Source of the DNA: the human T2T-CHM13v2.0 reference genome, Homo sapiens
Assembly: GCF_009914755.1 (NCBI RefSeq)
Contig: NC_060930.1
Length of the DNA: 64,000 nucleotides
Direction: 5' to 3' (one strand)
This document shows positions 29,331-43,076 of this stretch, in pieces (within the stretch, counting starts at the first letter, position 1; every line of letters begins with the position of its first letter). A program made the position numbers and the translations under genes. A model generated the notes under the pieces. It saw only the letters and a program-made list of their open reading frames with translations. It searched no databases and was not told the DNA's origin.

Positions 29331-30463
29331 GGTTTTCCTCTCTCTTCCCTCTGGAAGGTCAGCAAGCAGGTCAGGAGTAGGAGACAGGGGGCTGGAGCAG
29401 TAAGATGAACTATGCCAGGGGCAACTCAGGGTGAGACAGTGCGTGGTACATTGACAGATACAGCTTTGATTTCTTCAGCAAGGGTGTTAGGGGGCTTGGG
29501 TAAGAAGCAAGAAGGAAAGGCTGTATTTTCATATTGGGAAATCATGATAGGGTGGCCTGTAACCAGCTTGGGATGTGTCTAGTACATCTGAAAGGGATTG
29601 CAGAATCACCCTGGATGCTTGTGATATAACAAGATGTCAGGTGTGGATATCTATCGATGCCGTGGTTTAAAGAAGGGAATGGGAATAAGCCCCCTGAACT
29701 CACTTTCTAGCTGAGAAGAAACCATCCAGGAAGTAGCAACAAGACACCGCCTTGTTCATAGAACTGAACTTTGAGCCCTGGTCAATGAATACTTAACTGT
29801 AGGCCACGAACAGAAGCCGGTGGGGAAGCCAGGGTGGGAGGCAGGGCTGGGGCTGGTTGGGGTTACGGGTATCAGTGGTATGGCTAAGACATCCAAGGAC
29901 AGGCACCCTTGTGCTGGAGTTTCCATGGGCATTCTAAGGTGGAGAGGAGTAAGAGACATTCGTGGTGGAATCAGTGGGTCTCCACACACAGAAAGGGTGC
30001 TCCAGGCAGGCCGTGAGGGAGCCTAGTGCCCCTCTTGGGGACATTCGCTTTTCTTACCCAGTCACTTATGTTCTGTGGCTTTGGGACCAGCAAGAGCAAC
30101 AGACACCCTATTCCTCCACCCTCATAGGCAAATGTTTTCCTTCCTTTACTTTTCTTAAAAATACTTTTTACCAGCATAAGATCCTAAACATGACCCCTTT
30201 CCTAGGAGAGATGGCTTTTGCCTGCTTGTGAGGGGGGTGGGCTTTCTACTCCTGCCCTGGCAGCCGCCACCCTTTACCTGGGATGGGGATAGGTGGGTGG
30301 GAGGCTTTCTTGCCCCACCCCTAGTAGCATATGGCTTTTGCCTCATGCTGAAGCAGGGTCAGGTGTGGAATGTGGGCAGGTTTCTGTCCCTCCCCAGCAG
30401 GAGATGGCTTTTGCTTGATATAAATTAAAGAAGCGTTGGGATATGGGTGGATTTAATACCACC

Positions 30464-30840
30464 TGTTATGGACTGAATGTTCTAGTGTCTCCCCAAATTC
30501 ATATGTTGAAGCTTCAGCCCCCAATGTCATGGTATTTGGAGGCAGAGCCTTTGGGAGGTGATTAGGTTTAGATGAAATCATGGAGATGGAGCCCTCATGA
30601 TGGGATTAGTGCCTTTATTAGAAGAAGAACAGACACCAGAACTCCCTCTCTTCAGCATGTGAGGACACAGTGAGAAGGTGGCCATCTGCAAGCCAGGAAG
30701 AGAGCCCTCACCAGGAATTGAATCTGCTGGCCCTTTGATCTTGGACTTCCCCACCTCCAGAATGATGAGAAGTAAATATCTGTTGTGTAAGCCACCCGGT
30801 CTATGGTATTTTGTTATAGCAGCCCATGCTGACTAAGACA
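30464..30840 (+). mobile_element. MLT1A/A0-type MaLR solo LTR
   Basis: TGTTATGGACTGAATG...CCCCAAATTCATATGTTGAAGC...TTTTGTTATAGCAGCCCATGCTGACTAAGACA. Confidence 0.92.
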
Positions 30841-32846
30841 CTGTCCCTCACTGGCAACTAATCATCACCTTGTACTCGAGCGAGGCCTGAAGTGCAGATG
30901 GGCTTGTCAGGAAACTCCTGTCACCAACTCAAACCTCAGCAGGGCCTGTGCCCTGAGCACAGCTCACTCAGGCCTTTGGCACTGTCCTCAGAGTTTCTCA
31001 GGGGAGTTCAGAGTCCTGTGGAAAAAGAGTAGGCAGTAGGGACAGACTTCTCGTGTTTGGGGATCTCAGAAGTCTTAATCTGTCACACTAAACCACACGG
31101 AATTTCTTAAAACCTTAGTTTTTTGTTTTTTTTTTTTTTCTCACCTGCTTTTCTTGCTGCCACCTCTTTCTCCCATACACTGTCAAAGCTGAAACAGTGC
31201 TTGTGTCCTTTCTTCCTCAGAGGTGCGTGTCACCCTTTGAAAGTCAGTTCAGTTGGTTGCCTTTCCATCTCAACACTCTAACGTGCTCAAAAAATTAGAT
31301 TTTGTGGATTATCTGCTTTTCTTATTGTTAGGGCAGGAGTGGTGGCATTCTCTGGCAGTCTTCTGTATCCTTAGCAGAAACAGAACTGGGAAGGGTATTT
31401 GGAAAGTAGAAGCTAGGAGCTAGGTGTGCTGATTGCCTCTGAGGTATCATTGTTTATAGCAGTCCTACGTTTTCAGATTATCTCAACCTGCTGGAAGCTT
31501 CTCTGTCTTTTGAATACCTTTGCCATTCATGTACATACCCATCAGTGAGTCTCAGGGTTGGAAGACACCATAAATGCCACTTCATCCAAAGCCACAGTTT
31601 AGTCTCCAGTTCACATGTACTGCCTTGTGGCATCATTCCAGTGGTTGTCTTAATCTTTTTTTTAAATATTATATTGTTCAGCCCAGTGTGTATACATATC
31701 CATCCTCACCCCAATTCTGCTGCTGGATATAAATTGGCAGCTGCAACAGTATCATGTACAGAAAGTTGGTATCAATTTGAGAGGGAAGGAGTGTTCTCTG
31801 CTGGAGGACAGGGAGGAGACAGAGCCATCTTATCTGTTTTTCCCACATTTTAAAATGCATTGCCAAAGTCAATTTTAGGATGCAGTTGGGTTAAATTAGT
31901 AGCTAGAAGATAAAACCCAGTAGCCAGAAGCAAGCTGAACATTAAAACTTTGGGACTCTGACCACAGTATTGAACATTATGGCTGACCATCATGGGGTTA
32001 AAAGGTTAGGAAGAGAGTGAACCAGTAGCCATATATTTTTAGCCTGCTTAGAATTATAGTTGCCTTTGGAAATTTTTGGTAAACTCCCATAGATCAGGAT
32101 TAGAATAAAGGCCATAAATATGGTTCAAAAACTGTACTTTCAACACTTCATTATATGGTTTGCTATTGGCTTTAGTGGTAGTGCATTATCTGAATTGATG
32201 TAAATAGTATTTAAGTTTGTCTTTTCCTATGAGTAATAAGTATTGTATGTAGATATTTCCGTTTCTATTACTTAAATAGATCCCCACAGTAGTTTGGTAC
32301 ATAGTTGCCATGCACATAATTACTGCATGGCTATTATTAGGAAAATTGTGTGGGTAAAATCCATCCTGCTATTTGGCTCTGTTTGAACCTTGATGCCCAT
32401 CTGCTAAGCAATGTGGGGTCAAAATAAGTACCAGGGTAGTTCTGGCCTTGGCCTTTTTGGATGTGGGCTCAACTCTCTTTTCTCTCTACAGTCCCTAAAA
32501 CTATAATACAAGGTGTCACCAGAGAGGAAGAGCAATTTTTTTTAAAAAGCCTATAAAATTATTACTACCAGCACCATACATTGCCAGTGAACCTGACTCT
32601 GGTGTTAAAACTACTTCTCAAATAGTATCCCTTCATATCTATCCTTATGAATTACAGATTATCAGCTAAAATACAAAATAATTCCCCAAAGAAAGTTGGG
32701 AGTATTGTATACTAATTAATCTGCATCAAGTCATAAAAGAAATTGACATATGTAAGGTGATGACATTGAGTTTTTCCAAGCTGGCATTTTCAAGTTTTAT
32801 GAAAGGTACACCAGTTTATCATATACATTGATTTAATGTGATTATT

Positions 32847-33300
32847 ATATCAGCTATCTATTGCCACAATAATAATAATGCTGTGTAACAAACAACCACC
32901 AAAGCCCACTGGCATACAAAGGATACATCGATTATTGCTCATGATCTATGGGTCAGCTGGGCAGTTCTTCTGGTCTTACCTGGGGGACTTACTTATGTGT
33001 TATGACTCCCCAGCTGGTTGGTCTGGGAGTAGTTGGCTCACCTGTACATGGTCCTTCATCTTCCAACAGACAAACCTAGGCTTGTTCTTTTAGTGATGCC
33101 TGGGTATTATGAGAGTGGAAAGGCAGAGGCTATATGAGGCCTAAGCTCAAAACCAGCACACCGTTTCTTCTCTGCACACCACAGCAAGCCACAAGTCTAG
33201 CCCAGATTCAAAAAATGAGGAAAGAGACTCTGCTTCTCAATGTCTTATAGCAAAAAGTATGGATGTCGGAATGGGTGAGAATTGGCGCCATTTTAAAAAT
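32847..33300 (-). mobile_element. Old MLT1 MaLR LTR (MLT1G/H-like)
   Basis: ATCAGCTATCTATTGCCACAATAAT..GCTGTGTAACAAACAACC...GCCCAGATTCAA. Confidence 0.75.
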
Positions 33301-33309
33301 TGGTCTCAT

Positions 33310-33745
33310 TCTGGTTACTCTGGCTGCTTAGCACATTCCCTAAAACTTAGTGACATGAAGCTATCTTATTTTGTTCACAGCTTTGTGGTTTAGGCATTTG
33401 GGAAGGGCTCAGCTTGGCAGTTCTCATTTGGGAGTCACTTGGCTCACCCACATGGATAGCAGTTGGTGTCTACACATGGCTTTTGCAGCATTTGAGTAGT
33501 CAGACTTTCAGCATGACAGGTGGCTTCCCTCAGAATGAGTGTCCCAAGGGAACCAGGCAGAAGCTGTAGGACTCGTGTGATGCAGTCTTGGAAGCTGCGG
33601 GTCTTCACTTCCAGTAACTTCTATTGCTAACAAACAAGCCATTAGTAAGCCCGAATTCAAAGGGAGGCAAAATACATCTCACCTCTTGGTGCAAGGAGTG
33701 TCAGAGAGGTTGCAGGCATGTTTTAAAATCTCCGTTAATCTACCA
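33310..33745 (-). mobile_element. Old MLT1 MaLR LTR
   Basis: CCTAAAACTTAGTG...TTTGGGAAGGGCTCAGCTTGGCAGTTCT...GAACCAGGCAGAAGCTG...ATTCAAAGGGAGG. Confidence 0.75.
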
Positions 33746-34184
33746 CGATTATTCATGGAGAGACATCAGTTCCCTCATTCTGCAATGTCAGGTCACAGTG
33801 CTATGATCTTTAACATTCACCATTCACATTAAATAGTGCATTTGCAATTTGTATTTGCAGATTTTTTTTTCTTTCTTTGTATAGTTCTGTATATTTAAAA
33901 GTAATCCAGGAAATGATTAAGGGTAGCTATTTATTTAATTCCAAATTTTCAGTGATCTTTGAGAAAATGCATACATGCATACTTTCTATATTGTTTAATT
34001 AGTGCATGTATCTGCACTCTGTTTTTTCAAGCCATTTTGTACACACATGCTTAGAGAAAACACAAAAATGCTTGTAATTTTAACAATATCCATGAGTTCA
34101 TCAAGATAATATATCATAATTTGCTTAGCAGTTTCCAAGTTTGAGTACCTCTGTTATTATAATTACACTAACTTGATAGCACCA

Positions 34185-34700
34185 CGTATTGGTTATTTAT
34201 TGCAATGTAACAAATTATCCCAAAACATAACATCTTAAAGCAATAAACATTTACTATCTCATGCAGTTTCTGGGGGTCAGGAATCCAAGAGTGGCTTAGC
34301 TGCTCATTAGGTCTCTCATGAGGTTGCAGTCAAGCTGTTGCCTGGGGCTGCAGTCTCATCTGAGGGCTTCACTGGGGCTGGAGGATCCACTCCCAACTTC
34401 ACTCACATGGCAGCCAGCAGGAGACTTCAGTTTCTGGCCACATGGGTCTCCCCATAGGGGTGCTCATGACATGGTAGCTGACTTCCCCTGGAATGAGTGA
34501 TGAGAGAAAGAGAGAGAGAGCCCTCAAATGCAAGTCATGTTTTTTATAACCTAATCTTGGAAGTAATATAGTTTAACTTCTGCCATATTTTATTGGTCGC
34601 ACAGACCAATCCTGATACAGCATGGGAGAGGACTGTTCATGGGTGTGAATGGCAGGAGGTGGGGATCACTGACAGGTCGTCTTCGAGCCTGGATACTACA
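34185..34700 (-). mobile_element. MLT1F-like MaLR solo LTR
   Basis: GTATTGGTTATTTATTGCAATGTAACAAATTATCCCAAAAC...GGTCAGGAATCC...GTCTCTCATGAGGTTGCAGTCAAG...CTACA. Confidence 0.85.
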
Positions 34701-35181
34701 CATTGCTATAAACATCTTTCAAAAAATTCCTTTTTATTGGTAAATGATAAGGGGGCATTTACTTTTAGCATATCCCCCAATGCAGAATTATCGGATCATA
34801 CAGATCAACAATTTAATAGTGCCCCTTTTTCATGTTAAGGTATTCATGTATATATACACACATGTATGTACACACACACATGTATTTACATTGTAAGATT
34901 TTCTTATGTGTTTGTATTTTATATTTTTATGTAATTATTCTTATGGTTTTAATGTGCACATAAAATTCTCTACATTTTACAAAGCATGTAGTTGCTAGCG
35001 AAATTCCAGTAAGTGCCCTCAGTTGGCTATGGTTTGGGATGGGAAATGAGAGAGGGAAACTGCTGAGTCCTATTATCTCCCAGAACCCTTTTTTTCTTTT
35101 AAATTTTGTGCCTGGTTTCTATAAATTAGGCCATACTGCCCCCAACCTAATATAAGCCATTGCCACCAATAGTTCCTATAA

Positions 35182-35518
<337 letters not shown>

Positions 35519-36789
35519 TTACGAAATAGAATGTGTCCTTCACCATTTATGCTGAATTTCAGTTGTGCCATCTTTATATTTCTGAGGCAATGTAAAGCAA
35601 ACCTGCTCTAGACCAGGATACTGAAAGGGCCATTCTATATCAGGCAATTTTTGAAGCCTTTATTACAATCTGTGAACTAATTTAATATGTTATAAATGAA
35701 TACTCAATTAATAGTCATACATTTTGAGTCCACACCCCCCCTTTGCCATTTATATGAGATAAAATATAACTGTTTCATTTTCATGTCTGTAAAAATCTTT
35801 TCGGCCTTTCCAGGAACCCATCTGGATTCATTTACACGATGCACTTTCCATCATTTCAAAATTTATTAAATTTTATAGCACCTTCCATGTTATGGGCGCT
35901 CAATAAATTGCCATCACCAAGTTAAATGATGGGGTAATAAGGACAGGACTCTGGTTGTTCACACTAATGACACAGTTTGCATTGATGATGAAGTCCCCAG
36001 AACAGAGGGCAGGAGGAGCCACCTGTATGAGGAGTGTGTGGGGAGGAGCTGTCCTTTACAGCCCACTGTAAGGATCATGCTGTACAAATAAACCTAACTG
36101 TGTGGGTGGTCCTTTCTCTGCCCCCTTCTGCTTTTAGAGACTTAGAAGAGCTGCCAAAGTACCTATAGGAGGTGTTTGATTTAAAAGGAAACACACCAGT
36201 TATGCCTTCTTGTAGGGGCATGTGAGCCAGTAGAGTTTGCAGCTGCATGGAGAGATGAAGCAAAACTCTGAACATTCAACTGCATTAAAAAAAAAATCAT
36301 GCCAAGAGGGCCTTTGAGCAAGAAATTCTTGCAGATTTATGACACCCGATGCCTGAACTCTGTGTGTGACATCAGGGTTATGGCTCTGTAAGCTCTTAAC
36401 CCTGCAGCTGACCCAGTCAGCTTCTGGCTGTACTAGGGGTTGATGCGGTTCACTGTGGTTGTTTGTAGACCTCAGAAAAGCACGATGATTATTTACAGAT
36501 TTCCAGAATCTCTACTGGATTCTTTGCTTTTCCTTTCTCACAAGGAAACTTTCCAGGATACAGAGCACAACAGGATCTGAATGGCAGTGAATTCTCTTTA
36601 ACATATCTCTTCAGGGTGATGGGGGCTTCACTGGTATAGAGGGGTCAGGGTCAGCCCCTGTTGTTTCTGCTTATGGGTTGGAGACCCCCTATATGTGCAA
36701 GAAATACACTAAGCCAACTTACTCCATTAATGATGATAGCATGGCTTTGTATATTAGGATGTGTGTGCATATGTGAATGATAGGATATA

Positions 36790-37190
36790 CGTTAATAGTT
36801 TGTAATAATAAAAGATTGAAAGCAACATAAATCTGCATTAAAGACACTTATTAAAAAAACCGTGGTATATCCACACAATGGAATACTATGCAGCTATAAA
36901 CAAGATGCACCAATATGGAATGAACTCCAACACTTACTTGTAAAAAGCAAGGTACAAAGTAGAGCATATACATGAATATTGATTGTCTTTAAAGAAAAGG
37001 AAAGAGGGAGAATATGCTTGTTTGCTTAAATAGTATAACATTTGTCTGGAAGGCTAGATAAGAAGCTAATAGTATTAGTTGCCTCTAGGGAGGAAACTGA
37101 GGAGTTGGAGGACACACATGGAAGGGATGCTGTTCACTGTACAGCCTTCTATGCCTTTTGAATATTGAGCTGAATAAATAAAATATTGAA
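36790..37190 (+). mobile_element. Ancient L1M (MC/ME-like) 3' end
   Basis: GTGGTATATCCACACAATGGAATACTATGCAGCTATAAA...AAAAAGCAAGGTACA...GTTGCCTCTAGGGAGG. Confidence 0.75.
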
Positions 37191-38744
37191 AGAAGACAGT
37201 GTTGGAATAAGGCCTGGGGAATTGAAGCTTGGGGTGGAGGTGACAAGTGAACCCCAAGAGGGCAGGAAGCCAAGCCTCTGCCCCACTCCCCTGCTTTTTT
37301 TTAACCATACGGTCCCAGTGTAGATGTAGCTAGCACATGTAGATCCTCAATAAATATTTGTTAACTGAAAAAATACATACCACATGGAAAAATCACCCTT
37401 TAATTTTAATGTGTATATTACATACTTAAAAATATCATTGCCATTAAATATGAAAATTGTCTTGACCAGAAAGAAAAACAAAAACAAAAAAAGAGTTCAG
37501 AACAAATAGTGGTCTTGGTCAGGAGAAAATGAGTTCGGGTTTGGATACATTATTTTTATCAGTGTTTCTCATGTTTTTCCTATTCTATGTGAACTCCTGT
37601 CTTCAGATTTAAATAGTTGATTATATGAACTGAAATTGTAGAATGGGAGAATTTTATTGCTAATCAGATTATCCTAGGCTTTGTGGTTAGAGACAGGCTG
37701 TGAGTCCTGAGTCTGCTTTTCTTTTCATTATACTCAGCTTCCCACCTTTTTTCTTATCTTCCTGTCTGGGACATTTCATTGCTTATGAGCTACAGACCTG
37801 ATGTGTTTCATGCCAAAGCATAAACTCTTTAAGGGAGATTGGCTGTGACCTACACGGCACCCACATTCTGCAACACGGGATTGTTGGGTGCCTCAGGATG
37901 GGCCAGCTGGGGTGTAGATAGAGCACTTGAAATTACACACTGTGTTGTTTTCACTGGGATTTGCACACTTGAGTTAAAATTCTCAGATGTCAAGAAAAGC
38001 AAACCAATGTTTTGTAATGCACCACAGTCCCCTGATTGGTCTCAAGCAGTGAATTGCAGCCACATGGTCACCATGAGGAGGAGGATGAATGACAGCTGAT
38101 ATCAACATGATCATTTCAGGAGAAATATGACTAGACACCCAGAGAGACAAGTGGATTATGCAAAGAGGGGAACCCTTGCACCCACTTGAGAAGTGTGTCT
38201 CAGTTTGGGGAAGAATAATTAAATTCCAAATTGAGCATGTTACTGAAAGGAGAGACAGGATAAAAAGCAACTATCTTTAGACCCCTGATGAGGGCATTTC
38301 TACAAAGCCTAATGTGTAAAAGAAGTTAATAGAATTCTATACAACATAGTAAATAGCTGGTTCCTATTAAAAGAAAAGTTTTCTGAGAAACCAAAACCCA
38401 ACAAAAGAGTCATGCCCTCAAGTATATGTGCATGGACTTGTGAGGAGTGAGTTGTAAAGTATTAAGCAATTAAGGTTTATATCCACTTACTTACATATAA
38501 GAAAACCAAAGCTGAGTTTAAATGGCTATGATATCGGAGAAACAGAGAATAGGATATGGAACATTTATTTCCTTTTTTTGTATTTAAAATTTTTTTTCAA
38601 CAAACAGCTGAATGTTACACTCATTTGTGGAGTAACAAATGGTCCCTGGAATGAATATATCTCTCTTTTGAGCTTTCTATTTGGATAATAGAGTTGCCAC
38701 AAACCATTACCCCCAACAGATGCAGTCCTATCTTCCCTTGAAGT

Positions 38745-38938
38745 CATGGCCCTTAAGGTCTTAAATTTGGCACTGTAAGAGTTAACAGGGAAAGCTGTAA
38801 ACATCCAGATTCCCGGGCCCCACTCCTGGTTATCAAGATTGAGTAAATTGGGATTGGAGTCCAGAGATAGGAATAGTTTTGAAGTATGCTAGGAGATTTT
38901 GGTGCAGGTGGCACGTGGCCTACTCTTTCAGAAACCCC
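38745..38938. mobile_element. MER5-family MITE
   Basis: CAGATTCCCGGGCCCCACTCC...GGAGATTTTGGTGCAGGTGG...CTTTCAGAAACC. Confidence 0.6.
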
Positions 38939-39033
38939 TTTCCAGTGTTTCTGTTTGTTTGTTTATTTTTGGTTTTGGTTTGGCTAAATAAAGGCTAACT
39001 TTCACTAGAAAGCAAAGCCAAGAAATACTAAAG

Positions 39034-39839
39034 CTGGGGTCAGCAAACCTTTGGCTGTGGGCCAAATCTAGCCCTTCTTTTATTTTTGTAAATACTGCTT
39101 TATTGGAACGCAGCCATGCACATTTGCTTAGGTATTGTTGATGAAAAGAGTCAAACTCTGTAAAATATTTGAAGAGATTTATTCTGAGCCAAATATGAGT
39201 GACCATGGCCCATGACACAGCCCACAGGATGTCCTGAGAACACGTGCCCAAGGTGGTCGGGGTGCAGCTTGGTTTTATACATTTAGGGAGACATGAGATT
39301 GAAATCAGGTACATTAAGAAATACATTGGTTGGGTTCAGAAAGTCAGGACAACTGGAAGGGGTGGGGGAGCTTCCAGGCTATAGGTAGATTTACATTTTC
39401 TGTTGACAATTGGTTGAGTTTATCTAAAGACCTGGGATCAATAGAAAGGAAATGTCTGGGTTAAGATAAAGGATTATGAAGACCAGAGTTCTTATTTGCA
39501 GAGGAAGCCTTCAGGTAGTACGCTTCAGAGATAATAGGTTGTAAAGTGTTTCTTATGAGACCTAAGGTCTGTGTTGAGATGAATGCTGGAGAAGTATCAT
39601 GAGGCATGTCCTACTTCCATCACGGCCTGAACCAGTCTCAGGTTAAATTTTAAGAGTGCCCTGGTTGAAGAGGAAGTTCATTCAGACAGATGGGGGACCT
39701 TAGGATTTTATTTGTAATTTACAGTATAGTCTGTGGCTGCTGTCACACTACAATGACAGAGTTGAGTGATTGCAAAAGAGACCGCAAAACCTAAAATATT
39801 TACTATCTGACCCTTTACAGAAAGTTTGCCAACCACCTG
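39034..39839 (+). mobile_element. MER58A (hAT-Charlie), split by a MER4 LTR
   Basis: GGGGTCAGCAAAC...GGGCCAAATC...TTTATTGGAACGCAGCCATG resumes after the insert with AAAATATTTACTATCTGACCCTTTACAGAAAGTTTGCCAACC. Confidence 0.88.
39136..39723 (-). mobile_element. MER4-family ERV1 solo LTR
   Basis: TGTTGATGAAAAGAGTCAAACTCTGTAAAATATTTGAAGAGATTTATTCTGAGCC...TTTACA. Perfect 4 bp TSD GTAT at 39132 and 39724. Confidence 0.92.
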
Positions 39840-42373
39840 CTAAAGGATGAACATTTACCTGATGTGTTACATTTACTCCCCTTAGAACAAATAAGACCTT
39901 CACCAGGAGACTTTGATACTTTGCTAGTCTGTCGGAAGTCTGTCTCCAATAGCCACATATGATAAAATGAGCTAGAATGGAGCACGTTCAAAACACAAGA
40001 TTGAAGTGAAGTGGCATACATCTTGCAGTCGACGATGTGTCTTAGGCCACTGAAATAAATGATTTCATTTTATTTGCCAAAGTGTGACTTGGGGTGAAGG
40101 AGACACCTGGCCTGGCCTCGTGCTAGATTGGACCCTCGATGTGTACACACGACTTGTTCTAATATCACTTTTCATTGGAAGTAGACAGGTGCAATTAAGT
40201 AACCTAGAGAAGGGGGTAAAACACAGGTCTTCATTTTCCCATTGAGAGAGAACTCTGTCCCTAATTCAGTTGGTGGGAAATGGATTTCTTGGCTTTGATA
40301 ATTAAGCTGGCAAAGCAAATTTGGTTCCAACATTTTAATGAGCCAGTGTGGGTGGCCAACAAATTGCAGGTTCAGACGTAAATGTTTCAAACCTGGGTGG
40401 CTGGCTTTTAACCCTGGGGCAAATTCTATGATGGTAAGGAAATTTTAGGCTGGTAGCCAAGTTCAAAGAGTCTTTGCCAAATATTAAGAAAAATGCCTAT
40501 TTGAGGCAATTTTAAGTTATTTGAGGACAGGATTATGTTGTTCATTGGATGTGATTGAGATGATAAATTAACATCATTTGAGTCCACTCAAATTGTATAC
40601 TTGTGAACATTCATACCTGTGTTTTTGTGTCTGAACTTCATACACAGAGGATTATCTTGAAAGAGAGGGAGACATGAGAAAGGAGAAAGTGGTCTTGCTC
40701 CTCTCTTCCTGCTTTCCAGTGCCCAACTGCTAAGGTATTCAGGCCTGGTTTTCTGTCTGGGGATAATCAAAATCTGGGTTCTTATGTAATGTAAGACCAC
40801 TCTTTGGGGAAAAAAATGAGTTCAGACCTGAGAAATGAAGGGTTAATACTCATTGAATTTTCACTTTCATGGAGAGGCTGCATTTGAAGCAAAACCCCGC
40901 TGGGCTCTGTGAGCGAACTTTGCATCACAAAGGTAGGGCAGATTTGCAGAAGAAAGTAATAGATTTCAATTTAGGTTGCTTTTCAGCCTGAAAAATAGTC
41001 TGAATTCTATTACTGATCCTGTTAGCAGAGATAATAATGAAATGCAAAGCAAGTATGGTTTAAATGTTAAAAAAAAACAAAAACAAAACTTGTAAAAATA
41101 CCACTGTGGGTTCTTGATTTATGCTTTCTCATTACTCAGTAGGACAAAATACGATTTGACATAATGTTCACTGTGTGGTTACCCTGGGGTCAGAAAACTA
41201 AGCCCTGTTACCTAATACTTCTTACATTTGCAAAAGTAATCACGACTGTGACTCGAATCGGACTGGAAAATCTATTGACTTAGAGATAGAAAGATATTAG
41301 GAATCTCTTACATTACTTTTTCTTATTCACCTACTGACAACTTATACAGACTTTGTAACTTTTCTGATGAAAGGGTATCCAGGTGGATAATTACGTATTT
41401 TATGCTCTTAAACAAGTTAAGAACTGGAGTTGTATTTTTTGCTATTGTTTTTAAAAGTCAATATGTTGTGGCTGTTAAAAAGCATTATTTTGTGTATGTA
41501 TCACTAATAACTTATGTTAGCACATAATGAGTATGACCATCAAGATCAGTAACACTCTCTTCTTTCATTGTACCAAACATAATGTAGCCTGCCTGGAATC
41601 TTTTTGTGTATGAAAAAGAAAAAAATAGCATCTTCCATTGGAAGTTCTGGTTAAGAGTAGCCTTATTATCTACACCTCCTTCCATGAAACTCTGCTTCTG
41701 ATTTCCTAACTCTTCTGGGGGTTTATACCCTTCAGCTTTTTCCACGAGCTGCTATTTCTTTCTAGAATGCTCCGAAGGCCCATCTGTACCCATGGGGGCC
41801 TCTCTCTCCGGGTGCCAGCTTAGTTTCAGGTTGTTCACATCGTATTATCTGTGTTCCCCTGTTCCTCTAGGTAGCTAAAGGTCAGGTCTGGCTCCTTTGT
41901 GTTGCAGAGCCTGGCATGCAGTAGGTGCTTAGTGACAACCGTTTGAAGATATCGACATACTAAAATCCTCTAATCTTTTTCCTTTAAATATACTTATTCA
42001 GAAATAATTACAAACTTATGGAAAAATTGCAAGAATATAACAAAAAATTCCCATATGCCCTCACTCAGATGCCACAAAACTCAAGGTAATCATACTTGTT
42101 TTCTCTCTCTCAAGACACGTGTGTGTGTGCATATACACATTCTCTTTCTGTATATCATTATTATTTAATTTTCTGAACTATATGAAAGTTGGTTGTTGAC
42201 ACAGTGCCTCATTTACCTCTCAAACTTGTTCTCCCTCTAAAAATCTGTTTTCTAAAAGATTCAGAATTCTCTTTTACCTAACCACAGAACAACCATCAAA
42301 ATCAGGATATTAACCTCGATATAACTCTACTATTGAATGCATAAACCCCATTAAAAATTCACTGATTATCCCA

Positions 42374-43076
<703 letters not shown>

